A stretch of DNA of 63,563 bases, counting the filler, from Nitrospinota bacterium (GTDB lineage: Bacteria > JAUXIQ01), in the NCBI GenBank assembly GCA_030620925.1. It is 13 parts of 13 records of this genome, joined end to end, with 100 filler letters (N's around TTAATTAATTAA, not from the genome) between each part and the next. Parts side by side here need not be neighbours in the genome. Positions count along the whole stretch, not along the records: positions 29,358 to 33,380 come from JAUXIQ010000264.1; positions 33,481 to 42,496 come from JAUXIQ010000056.1; 11 more parts are not named here. One strand, 5' to 3'. Of the stretch, positions 30,002 to 38,891 are shown one piece after another. Both the position numbers and the translations under genes were made by a program. The notes below the pieces were generated by a model, which saw nothing but the letters and a program-made list of their open reading frames with translations, did not search any database and was not told the DNA's origin. Position 1 is the stretch's first letter; every line of letters begins with the position of its first letter.

Positions 30002-30098
30002 TATTTCTCTCCTCGCAACGTAAGGGCTCCGGTGGTTAACTATGCCCACTCATTTAATTTTACTTTTGATGGCCCATGAAGTCTCTGTAAGTATGGAT

Positions 30099-31166
30099 TT
30101 AAAAGCTCTCTTGCTCCAACCAGGGATTGGGGAGGAAAATCTGTTTATATATTCTCATGGCGAATCGGTCGGTCATGCCGGCGATGAAATCACAGGCCAG
30201 CCGTTCTTTCCCTTCTTCGCTCAGCTCCCAGCCCTCCCTTTTGGTAATTTCCTCCGGGTGATCGACGAAATAATTGTAAAGCTCCTGGACGATCTTCGAG
30301 GATTTAGTAAATTCACTCAGAACGTTCTCTCTATAATATACCAACTGAAACAAAAATTCGCGCAGTTCTTCCGTGGCTTCCAACACCCTGGGGCTCATAC
30401 GAATGGTCTCAAGGCCGTAGTCGAGAGTGGCTTTAACCACGTCCTTGACCATGGTGTCTATTCGTTGAGAGGAGGTGCTCCCCAAAGCCGAGAGCGCACC
30501 CTCTATTTTGCTGGTGGACTTGATGATGTTTGCGCGTAAAGCATCGTCCAGATCGTGATTTACGTAGGCAACGGTGTCTGAGAATCTCACCACGTTCCCT
30601 TCCAGCGTTTCCGGCTTCCCCTCAGGCTCGGGGGAGTAAATAGGGCGGCTGCCCTTAGAGTGATGAAGTATGCCGTTTTTCACCTCAAAGGTGAGGTTAA
30701 GGCCCCGGCCGCCGCGTTCCAGGCGTTCCACCACCCGGAGACTCTGTTCCCAGTGTTTGAAGCCCGGCGGGAAAACTTTGTCCAGGACCGCTTCCCCTGC
30801 GTGTCCGAAGGGTGTATGGCCCAGGTCGTGGCCGAGAGCTATGGCCTCGGTCAGCGATTCGTTCAGCCGCAACGATTTGGCGATGGTCCGGGCTATTTGC
30901 GCCACTTCCAGGGTATGGGTGAGGCGGGTTCGATAGTGGTCCCCCGAGGTGGAGAGGAACACTTGAGTCTTGTGCTTCAGCCTACGGAATGCTTTGGAGT
31001 GGATGATGCGGTCGCGATCCCGCTGAAAAACAGGGCGTATGGAGCACTCTTCCTCCGGATTCTCCCTGCCCTTTGTCCCGGCGCTTAACACCGCTTTGGG
31101 AGAGAGAGTCCGGCGTTCCTCCTCCTCCAGCATTTGTCTTATGTTAGTGGAATCTGTTCCCGGCAT
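30099..31166 (-). CDS. dgt: Deoxyguanosinetriphosphate triphosphohydrolase (HD domain)
   Basis: FQRDRDRIIHSKAFRRLKHKTQVF, RTRLTHTLEV, HDLGHTPFGH, DFIAGMTD. Confidence 0.93.
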   Translation of the reverse strand: MPGTDSTNIRQMLEEEERRTLSPKAVLSAGTKGRENPEEECSIRPVFQRDRDRIIHSKAFRRLKHKTQVFLSTSGDHYRTRLTHTLEVAQIARTIAKSLRLNESLTEAIALGHDLGHTPFGHAGEAVLDKVFPPGFKHWEQSLRVVERLERGGRGLNLTFEVKNGILHHSKGSRPIYSPEPEGKPETLEGNVVRFSDTVAYVNHDLDDALRANIIKSTSKIEGALSALGSTSSQRIDTMVKDVVKATLDYGLETIRMSPRVLEATEELREFLFQLVYYRENVLSEFTKSSKIVQELYNYFVDHPEEITKREGWELSEEGKERLACDFIAGMTDRFAMRIYKQIFLPNPWLEQESF

Positions 31167-31247
31167 TTTTCCTCTGACTATATTGGGATTCCTGGAAAAT
31201 CCCTGCTGAGTGTACCGCGCTGGATACCTGTAGGCAGGAAGATTCCC

Positions 31248-33137
31248 TTATATTTTTCGTGCTGCTTCCGCGGCTGTTTCCATTGCTTCGAGGATTAATC
31301 TCGGTTCTATGCAGGGTTCAAGCAGGGTATAGGGGATACCGCACTCCTCGAGCAGCGCTTCCCTCTCCCCTGTTGAAACGTAACCCGCGGCACAGACCAC
31401 CGCGTCCGCGTATATCTCTTCCTCTTTTCCCTGTTTATTCCTATATTTAGTAGTATCGTCCACAACTGAGATAACTTCCACCTTATTTATCATTTCGATC
31501 CCTTCGCGGGCCATTTTTTCTATGAGCGCGTTCCTGGTGATCGGCTCCAGGCCGTTACCCGCTCTGCTCCTGTCGTTCAGAATGGTTACTTGCGCACCCC
31601 TATGAATCATATGCTCGGCGGCCTCACAAGCGGCGTGGTCCCCGCCCATTATCACCACCTTCCCTGGAGGTGTCTCTCTTTCCAATACCTCTTCCGGGGA
31701 GAGCGCCCCTGCTTCCTCAAGGCCGGGGATGCCCGGTTCGGCCGGTTTCATCAATGGCGCCGCCACAATGAAGTCGGGTTTCACTCTTCCGACGAGTGCG
31801 CTGTCCGTCTTTGAGCACAGGTTAACGTCTATGCTGAGCTCTTTCAGCGCTTTAAGCTTATGGGGAATAATGCCCCGCTGAAGCCAGGCCCAACGACCAC
31901 CTATCTTCTCCACCTGATCGTATATTTCAACTTTGTGGCCCCGCACGCCGGCGACTCTGGCCGCCTCCAGGGCGTCGGCCGAAGAGCCGATAACCATAAC
32001 TTTAAGCGGTTTTTGCGCCCGGCTTTCCACCAGCGTTTCGTTTCCTGCTTCGGGGTTCAACGAACAACTGATGGGGCTCTCCCGATAAAAGAGCTTGTAC
32101 ATGCAGGCGTTGCAGGCAATGCACCTGACTATCTCCGAGATGCGCTCTTCCCGGGCCTTTTTGGGCAGGTCGGGGTCCGCAAGCAGAGGCCGACCCATCC
32201 CTATGAGGTCCGCGTTCCCCTCCTTCAAGATGCTCTCAGCATATCGGGGGTCGTTTATTCGTCCCACGGCGATGACCGGCACCTTCACCGCCCGCTTTAT
32301 TTCAGTGGCTAACGGGACCAGGAAACCCCTCGGTTTCAGCATAGGCTGGACGGTAAACTGCATGGCGCCGAACTGGCCGGCGGAGACGTGGATTGCGTCG
32401 GCCCCATGCTCCTGCAGGATGGCGGCGATCTCTTTGGTCTGGTCTATGGTAAGGCCGCCATCGGCGAACTCGTCCGCCGAGATACGGAAGATGAGGGGGT
32501 AATCGGGCCCCACCAACTCCCGGCTCTTGCGCAGGATTTCTCTGGCGAAGCGGGTGCGGCGAAACAAGTCCCCTCCGTATTCGTCGTCCCGCTTGTTGGA
32601 CAGGGGAGAGAGCCACTGGCAGATGAAGTAGCCGTGGGCCCCGTGGAACTCCACGCAATCAAAGCCCGCTTTGCGGGCCCGCAGCACGGCCTCTGCGAAC
32701 CGGTCTTCCAGCTCATGAATTTCAGGAACGTCGAGCTCTCTGGGCGTTTCTCCTATCAGCAGATCGGGGATGGGCGACGGGGCGACGGTCTGATTCCCGG
32801 TCACCCGTTTGGAAGACTGGCGGCCCGGATGGTGGACCTGGATGCAGGCTTTAGCCCCGTTTTCCTGTATGGCTTTGGCCAACCTGGTGAGACCCGGGAG
32901 CTTGTCGTCGTCGTTGATCTTAAGCTGCCAGGAAGCGGAGTAGTTGTTTTTGTCTACGGCGCTGAACTCCACGATAATGAGCCCCGCGCCACCCGCCGCC
33001 CGGCGGGCGTAATATTCCACGGTGCGGTCGTTGACCCGGCCCTGTTCATCGGGCAGGCAGGTGCCCATGGGAGCGAAAACGATCCTGTTTTTAAGCTTCA
33101 GGGAGCCGATTTTGAACTCTGAAAACAGCATGCCCAC
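31248..33137 (-). CDS. NADH:flavin oxidoreductase (OYE TIM barrel + 4Fe-4S + FAD domain; BaiCD/FadH-like)
   Basis: LKNRIVFAPM, EFHGAHGY, NKRDDEYGG, CIACNAC..CSLNP. Confidence 0.9.
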   Translation of the reverse strand: MGMLFSEFKIGSLKLKNRIVFAPMGTCLPDEQGRVNDRTVEYYARRAAGGAGLIIVEFSAVDKNNYSASWQLKINDDDKLPGLTRLAKAIQENGAKACIQVHHPGRQSSKRVTGNQTVAPSPIPDLLIGETPRELDVPEIHELEDRFAEAVLRARKAGFDCVEFHGAHGYFICQWLSPLSNKRDDEYGGDLFRRTRFAREILRKSRELVGPDYPLIFRISADEFADGGLTIDQTKEIAAILQEHGADAIHVSAGQFGAMQFTVQPMLKPRGFLVPLATEIKRAVKVPVIAVGRINDPRYAESILKEGNADLIGMGRPLLADPDLPKKAREERISEIVRCIACNACMYKLFYRESPISCSLNPEAGNETLVESRAQKPLKVMVIGSSADALEAARVAGVRGHKVEIYDQVEKIGGRWAWLQRGIIPHKLKALKELSIDVNLCSKTDSALVGRVKPDFIVAAPLMKPAEPGIPGLEEAGALSPEEVLERETPPGKVVIMGGDHAACEAAEHMIHRGAQVTILNDRSRAGNGLEPITRNALIEKMAREGIEMINKVEVISVVDDTTKYRNKQGKEEEIYADAVVCAAGYVSTGEREALLEECGIPYTLLEPCIEPRLILEAMETAAEAARKI

Positions 33138-33481
33138 CTTACTCTCCGGATCAAAAGCGGGGTCTATCCGGTATCCCTCGGGAAAAATCTTCTATTATGT
33201 ATGGACTAACCCCCACGTTTCGGGCCGGGTAAAAACGCGGGGGCAATCATGATCGGATTCATTAAAACCCGACCCCGGGTGGAAAAGTTTAACCCACCCC
33301 GGTCAACCGTGGGAAAGGATCGAATTCACCGGCTAATGTTGTTTGCGGACGTTGTCGCGAATATAGCCGACCATGTCTCCNNNNNNNNNNNNNNNNNNNN
33401 NNNNNNNNNNNNNNNNNNNNNNNNTTAATTAATTAANNNNNNNNNNNNNNNNNNNNNNNNNNNNNNNNNNNNNNNNNNNNA

Positions 33482-35011
33482 GTGCCCTGGGCAAGTTTCG
33501 CCGAGGTGCCCGGAGAGCTCACCGTCCCGGAAATCGAAGAGCTCGTGCAGTGCTACGCCCTGGCCGCATGCCGGGCGAGAGAGGCGGGTTTCGACGGGGT
33601 GGAGTTTCATGGAGCCCACGGCTACCTCATCTGCCAGTTCTTCTCCCCCCTATCCAACAAACGCACCGATGACTACGGAGGAGACGTCAATAAACGGGCC
33701 AAATTCGGCGTGGACATAATGAAACTGGCCAGGGAAATGCTGGGGCCTGAATACCCCGTCCTGTTCCGCATCTCAGGGAGCGAGATGGAAGAAGGGGGCC
33801 TGACCACCGACGACACCCGGATAATCGCCGGCCTGCTCCAGGAGGCCGGGGCGGACTGCATAGACGTCTCCGCCGGAAACTACGGAGCATCGGAGTGGAT
33901 GTCGCAGACCGCTTTCATGAAACCCGGATGCATCGTCAAGTACGCCACCGAGATTAAGCGGGAGGTGGACGTGCCGGTCATCACGGTGGGCAGGATCAAC
34001 GATCCTCGCCTGGCGGAGACCATCCTGGAAGAGGACAACGCAGACATAATCGCCCTGGGCCGGCCCCTGCTGGCGGACCCCGACTATCCCCTCAAGGCCC
34101 AACAAGGGAGGCGTGAAGACATAGTAAAATGCATCGCCTGCAATAACTGTCTGGACATCATATTCCTCTATAAACCCATAGGGTGCATCCAGAACCCCTA
34201 CGTGAGCTACGAGCACGAGGAAAACGCCGAAGAAAAAGCGGTAACCCCCCGTAAAGTGCTGATAATCGGGGAAGGACCGGCCGCACTGGAGGCGGCCCGG
34301 ACAGCCGCCCTCCGGGGACACGACACAACCCTCTGGAAAACAAAAGAGCAGCCCGGGGGCTACTGGTCATGGCTCATCCACGGTTTCGTCGCCGAGAAAT
34401 TGAAAGCCATCAAGAAGCTGGGCGTGAAAATAGAGGACAAGAGCCGGGTGACCGCGGAAATGGTCAACCGGCTTATCCCCGACGCAGTGCTGGTGGAAAA
34501 TGAGGTGAGCCCCGGCGTGCCGGGTATACCGGGAGTTGACGGGCGCAACGTTTTGCAGGCGGTAGACATCCTTTCAGGTGAAAAAACGGCGGAAGGGAAG
34601 GTCGCAATTCTGGGGGGCGGCAGCATAGGCGTTCAAACCGCGCTGCACCTGGGAAAGAGGGGAGCCGACGTCACGATCATCGAAGAGAAGCGGGGGCCTG
34701 CTTTCGAGATCGAACAGGTTACCAGAAAAGTGCTCGTGCAAAGGTTGAACTCCTGCAACGTGAAGACCTTGTTCCGCTGTAAGGCCACGGCCATCGAAGA
34801 AAACGGCGTTAAATATCTCGACGGAGACGGCAACCAGGGGAGGATGGAAGCTGAAAACGTCGTGCTGGCCCTGGAGATGGAAACCCACACGGAGCTGATC
34901 GATAACCTCGAAAAGGAGGGCTTTCATACGGTTGCCCTGGAATACTGCCACTCGCAGCGGGGTGTTTGCAATTCAGTGCGCCAGGGGGCGGAAGCGGCGC
35001 GCAGTATATAG
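33482..35011 (+). CDS. NADH:flavin oxidoreductase (OYE family), 5'-partial
   Basis: EFHGAHGY, NKRTDDYGG, CIACNNC..CIQNP; paralog of 31248-33137. Confidence 0.9.
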   Translation: MPWASFAEVPGELTVPEIEELVQCYALAACRAREAGFDGVEFHGAHGYLICQFFSPLSNKRTDDYGGDVNKRAKFGVDIMKLAREMLGPEYPVLFRISGSEMEEGGLTTDDTRIIAGLLQEAGADCIDVSAGNYGASEWMSQTAFMKPGCIVKYATEIKREVDVPVITVGRINDPRLAETILEEDNADIIALGRPLLADPDYPLKAQQGRREDIVKCIACNNCLDIIFLYKPIGCIQNPYVSYEHEENAEEKAVTPRKVLIIGEGPAALEAARTAALRGHDTTLWKTKEQPGGYWSWLIHGFVAEKLKAIKKLGVKIEDKSRVTAEMVNRLIPDAVLVENEVSPGVPGIPGVDGRNVLQAVDILSGEKTAEGKVAILGGGSIGVQTALHLGKRGADVTIIEEKRGPAFEIEQVTRKVLVQRLNSCNVKTLFRCKATAIEENGVKYLDGDGNQGRMEAENVVLALEMETHTELIDNLEKEGFHTVALEYCHSQRGVCNSVRQGAEAARSI

Positions 35012-35058
35012 CAGTATATAATTGTGAGGGAACCTTTGTGTATGCCTCAAATTAGATA

Positions 35059-35130
35059 CCCACCCATTCATGGGTGGGAGCATCATGTCCCGCCTCGGCG
35101 GAATCACGAACCCCGTCACTTGTGGCGGGG
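35059..35130. repeat. Hairpins resembling IS200/IS605 subterminal palindromes
   Basis: CCCACCCATTCATGGGTGGG (35059-35078; second copy 51380-51405) and CCCCGTCACTTGTGGCGGGG (35111-35130); no transposase present. Confidence 0.4.
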
Positions 35131-35142
35131 GCACGCTTTTCT

Positions 35143-35334
35143 GTCATTCTGAACGTAGCCCCGTGGTACGCGGGGCGGAGTGAAGAATCTCGCCTACCCT
35201 TGCAAGCCCGTTTTCTTATGCGCTTTTCACACACTCCCTCCCCGTGGTTTATACAAACTTAGTGACCAGCGTTCTTTAAGGGAAAAATCCGAGTAGCTCG
35301 GATATGCGAGATTCTTCGCTTCGCTCAGAATGAC
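35143..35334. mobile_element. MITE-like/REPIN-like element with inverted GTCATTCTGA..GAAGAATCTCGC arms
   Basis: Left arm 35143-35193 (interrupted by CCCCGTGGTACGCGGGG) and right arm GCGAGATTCTTCGCTTCGCTCAGAATGAC 35306-35334 are reverse complements. Confidence 0.55.
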
Positions 35335-35537
35335 CGTGGCGGACAAGCGTGAGCGGCAAGATACCGCTCCTACTATGATGTGATCAAAGCATCAACCCTC
35401 TCCTTAAGAGCGCCTTCCAGGTGTGACCGGCTGCTCGCCCGTTTTCCCCTCCCCCGGTTCCCCCAAAACTTTTGTGTTTAGACTTCCAGATAGCTAAAGT
35501 ACCAGCAAAAAATATTTAAAATAATGTTAATTATAAT

Positions 35538-35566
35538 TTGACTGCGTGCCGATACTAAGTTATAAT
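35538..35566 (+). promoter_or_regulatory. Sigma70 promoter of the leader-mvaS transcript
   Basis: TTGACT (35538-35543), 17 bp spacer, TATAAT (35561-35566), AT-rich upstream. Confidence 0.8.
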
Positions 35567-35624
35567 CAGACACAATATAAATGAACGGTTACTTTTAACC
35601 CGAACTATCAGGACAACAGTATTA

Positions 35625-35729
35625 ATGTTTAGCAACACTACTCTCAATTTAGATGGGCTTCTCGGCCTCGCTTTATTAGGGCTGCTCCTACTTTTGCGGG
35701 AGCCCGTCGCGTCGAGTAGTGTTCGGTAG
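35625..35729 (+). CDS. Leucine-rich attenuator leader peptide (34 aa)
   Basis: MFSNTTLNLDGLLGLALLGLLLLLREPVASSSVR: 12 Leu using all six Leu codons, run CTG CTC CTA CTT TTG at 35682-35696; CAGGA upstream. Confidence 0.8.
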   Translation: MFSNTTLNLDGLLGLALLGLLLLLREPVASSSVR

Positions 35730-35790
35730 TTAATAATAAAATATAGAGTACTCGATGCCATGGGCTCAAAAAGCTCATGGCATTTTTTTT
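35634..35790 (+). promoter_or_regulatory. Transcription attenuator (protector, antiterminator, terminator helices)
   Basis: 35634-35643 pairs with 35714-35723; 35652-35664 with 35697-35708; 35709-35718 with 35749-35758 (overlaps the terminator); terminator 35755-35766/35772-35783 plus T8. Confidence 0.8.
35755..35790 (+). terminator. Attenuator intrinsic terminator upstream of HMG-CoA synthase
   Basis: ATGCCATGGGCT-CAAAA-AGCTCATGGCAT-TTTTTTT. Confidence 0.88.
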
Positions 35791-35987
35791 GACTGAAATC
35801 GTTTCGCCGGACAACATCTTAACCTGTCCGGCAGGGGGAAGGGGGGTGATGGCCTTGGGGTTAGCCATAGCCAAAGATTTATCTGACGAAGCTGAACTTA
35901 ACGAGATTTGTGTAGATTCCATAACTGAGAAACACTTTTCACCCAAGCAGAACTTTAAGAGAACTAAGATACCGGAGGTTCAAGAGA

Positions 35988-37544
35988 ATGATTAACGTTG
36001 GCATTGATGACATTGAAATCTATTTCCCTCGCCTGTTCTTTGACATCAAAGACCTGGCCGAGCTGCGCGATATCGAGTATGACAAACTGAACCGCGGCCT
36101 CGGCCTGGAGGCAATGGCTATTCCCGATACCCACGAGGACGCGGCCACCATGGGGGCCAACCCCGTGGCCAGCCTCATCGACCGCAACAATATAGACCCC
36201 CGCCGCATCGGCCGCATCTATTTGGGGACGGAAAGCGCCCTGGACGGCTCCAAACCGACGGCGACCTACATCCTGGACATGCTGGAACAGCGCTATTCGC
36301 CCGAGTACGGTGAGGACTGCCTGCGCAACTGCGACGTGGTAGATATGACTTTCGCCTGCATCGGCGCTGTCGACGCCCTGCACAACTCCCTCGACTGGGT
36401 CGCACGGGGCGGCGAAAGCGATGACCGCATCGGCATCGTCGTCTTCTCCGACATCGCCAAGTACGACATGCACTCCTCGGGCGAGTATACCCAGGGTGCC
36501 GCCGGCGGCGCGCTGCTCATCAAGCAGAACCCCAGGTTGATGGTGATACCCGACTGCTGGGGCGTCTCCACCAAGCCCGTGCACGACTTTTTCAAGCCGC
36601 GCCGGACGGTCGGTTTTTCGCAACTGTTCGATAACGTGTTGACCCTGGCCAAGGAGATGGGTGCCGACCTCCCCGGAGGTTTGGCCGAGAAGATGATCAA
36701 GATGCTGCCCAAATCCAAAGTCAAGGACCAGGGCATCTTCAGCCACGGCCATAAATCCTTGAACCTGCACGTAGACACGCCGGTGTTCGACGGCCAATAC
36801 TCAAACCGCTGCTACAGCGGCGCCATCAAAACCGCCTTCACGTCGTTCAAGGAGCAGGCGATCAAAACCGGACGCTACAACCCCGCTCAGGACGAGATTA
36901 TCACCGAGCAGTGGAAGCGCGTAAACATGCACCTCCCCTACGCTTTCCAGGGTAAGCGAATGTTCCCGGACATCTTCCTCTGCGACCGCCGCGGCCTGCC
37001 CGCCTGGCAGGAGATAACCGATCAGGTCGGCGAGGAACCGAATCGCGAGAATTTCGACGACACGCCTGAGGGTAAAGATGAATGGCACCGCCAGATGGAC
37101 AGTTTCCGCAGGACTGTCTCCCAGACGCCGCACTACAAGAAATTCGTGGAGGAGCGCATCGAGAAGGGACAGCGCGCATCGAGCCTCATCGGCAACATAT
37201 ACACCGGCTCCATATTCCTCTCTTTGATGAGCATGCTGGAGGCCGATATGCAGGACGGTATAGAACTCACCGGCAAGCCCGTAGGAATGTTCGGCTACGG
37301 TTCGGGCGCCAAGGCGAAAGTATTCGAGGGCATCATCCAGCCGGAATGGAAAGAGGTCACCGCCCGGTTCAACCTGTTCGATCGTCTGGCTACTCGCCAC
37401 TCCGTGGACAGCAAGTGCTACGAGGAGCTGCACCGCGAGGCGAGGAGAGAAAGCGTGGTACCGCCCAAAGGCGAGTTCGCTCTTGTCGAAGTGGGTGTAG
37501 ACGGCGTAAACGAAGGCGCACGCTCATACCAGTGGATCGGTTAG
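35988..37544 (+). CDS. mvaS: Hydroxymethylglutaryl-CoA synthase (long form)
   Basis: VGIDDI, EDAATM, YLGTES (Glu), FACIG (Cys), DIAKY, GEYTQGA, DFFKP, HLPY (His), GNIYTGS, YGSG; GGAGG RBS. Confidence 0.9.
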   Translation: MINVGIDDIEIYFPRLFFDIKDLAELRDIEYDKLNRGLGLEAMAIPDTHEDAATMGANPVASLIDRNNIDPRRIGRIYLGTESALDGSKPTATYILDMLEQRYSPEYGEDCLRNCDVVDMTFACIGAVDALHNSLDWVARGGESDDRIGIVVFSDIAKYDMHSSGEYTQGAAGGALLIKQNPRLMVIPDCWGVSTKPVHDFFKPRRTVGFSQLFDNVLTLAKEMGADLPGGLAEKMIKMLPKSKVKDQGIFSHGHKSLNLHVDTPVFDGQYSNRCYSGAIKTAFTSFKEQAIKTGRYNPAQDEIITEQWKRVNMHLPYAFQGKRMFPDIFLCDRRGLPAWQEITDQVGEEPNRENFDDTPEGKDEWHRQMDSFRRTVSQTPHYKKFVEERIEKGQRASSLIGNIYTGSIFLSLMSMLEADMQDGIELTGKPVGMFGYGSGAKAKVFEGIIQPEWKEVTARFNLFDRLATRHSVDSKCYEELHREARRESVVPPKGEFALVEVGVDGVNEGARSYQWIG

Positions 37545-37667
37545 CCGGTCCACTGCCGGCGGGCGCCGCCGCTCGACCGTTGAGGTCGAGAATTACGACG
37601 GTTCGGTCGCTCCGACCGAACCGCAAGGCCCTGAAGAGAAGTGCGTCTCGGGCCTAAAGCAATCCTT

Positions 37668-37800
37668 CGATTTCTATCTGCCCTTGAATACCGGCTTTCT
37701 TTTTTCAACGAAGGCCGTAGCGCCTTCCTTATGGTTTTCGGTGGCGAAGCCAGTAGCGCATGGCGAATTAGTGCCGCTCCTTCCACTCATCCAGCGGCAT
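37668..37800 (-). pseudogene. Degraded duplicate of the 3' end of the crotonase gene (direct repeat of 42039-42170)
   Basis: Near-identical sequence, with a 1-nt insertion (GAAGCCAGTAG vs GAAGCAGTAG) and a TCA-to-TAA nonsense change. Confidence 0.85.
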
Positions 37801-37954
37801 TTTGGAAGAAAACTGCCATCCTTCTCAGATAAGTCTATATCACCCGCGCCCGCTGAGTCATATAATATAGGGGAAAGACTTTTTTAGACACTGCGCGGCT
37901 TTTTTTGTATTATAGAACAGGTGATCTCGAATATAGGGAGGGATACGAGTAAAT

Positions 37955-38890
37955 ATGTCCAGTAAATTCAAGCATGACGTTGTTAACCGATGGGCGGGTA
38001 ATCCAATTATTACACAGGATAACCTGCCTTTTACCACCACGAACATCTACAGCGCTGCAGCGGTCGAAAAAGATGGTGAGTATATCCTGCTGGTGACGGT
38101 GGAAGATCTTGAGGGCAAGACTTTCATTCACCTGGCCCGCAGCGACGATGGGTACAATTTCGATGTAGCGGGCGACCCGTTTTTAAGCCCCTCTCAAGAC
38201 GAAAAATACCGGTTATTCGAGGAGAGGGGAGTACGCGAAGCCAGGGTAACCTTTATGGAGGGGAAATATTATATCGTTTATATGGGTACAGGGTTTCATG
38301 GTTTTGTTTTATGTCTGGCAGTTACAGAGGATTTTAACAATGTAGAGAGACTCGGAGTGATATCGGAGCCGGAAACCAAGGCGGGGGCACTGTTCCCGTG
38401 CAAATTCAACGGCAAATACGCCAGGCTGGAGCGTCCCAAAGAGGGAGACCGGATCTGGATATCCTATTCTCATGATCTTTTGACCTGGGGAGAAAGTGAT
38501 GAGGTGATTTCTCCTCGAGGCGGGTTCTGGGATTCCGGATTGATCGGGTGCGCCTTTCCACCCATGGAAATCGAGGAAGGATGGCTTCTGGGATACTACG
38601 CCATAAAGAATAAGCCGAGCGGCCCCATTTGGAGGATTGGAGCAGCCATTTTAGACCGCGATGATCCCTGCAGGGTCACAGCCCGGAGCAATATACCGAT
38701 TATCTCCCCCCGCGAGGATTATGAGCGGATAGGGGATATGAACAACGTGGTTTTCTCTTCCGGGGCAATACTGGAAAAAACCGGCGAACTTAAAATCTAT
38801 TATGCCGCCGCCGACAACTGCCTGTGTGTGGGTACTGCAAAGCTTTCAGAAGTCGTTACAACCTGTATCGAAAGCAGCAAGGAGTATTGA
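37955..38890 (+). CDS. GH130 family protein (degenerate catalytic motif)
   Basis: NPII, LARSDDG, GVREARVT (vs EDPR), ISYSHDL, ERIGDMNNVVF, YYAAAD. Confidence 0.85.
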   Translation: MSSKFKHDVVNRWAGNPIITQDNLPFTTTNIYSAAAVEKDGEYILLVTVEDLEGKTFIHLARSDDGYNFDVAGDPFLSPSQDEKYRLFEERGVREARVTFMEGKYYIVYMGTGFHGFVLCLAVTEDFNNVERLGVISEPETKAGALFPCKFNGKYARLERPKEGDRIWISYSHDLLTWGESDEVISPRGGFWDSGLIGCAFPPMEIEEGWLLGYYAIKNKPSGPIWRIGAAILDRDDPCRVTARSNIPIISPREDYERIGDMNNVVFSSGAILEKTGELKIYYAAADNCLCVGTAKLSEVVTTCIESSKEY

Positions 38891-38891
38891 G

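Noticed and set aside
31248-35011. Apparent divergent pair of OYE genes
   Set aside because: They are separated by a spacer at 33381-33480, so the adjacency is an artefact of concatenation.
35625-35729. Leader ORF interpreted as a type I toxin or signal peptide
   Set aside because: Hydrophobicity alone would fit, but the diversified rare Leu codons and overlapping alternative helices ending in a U8 terminator favour attenuation. Not formally excluded.
35777-35995. 72-aa ORF between the attenuator and mvaS
   Set aside because: It starts inside the terminator stem, has no RBS and no recognisable features; likely untranslated leader.
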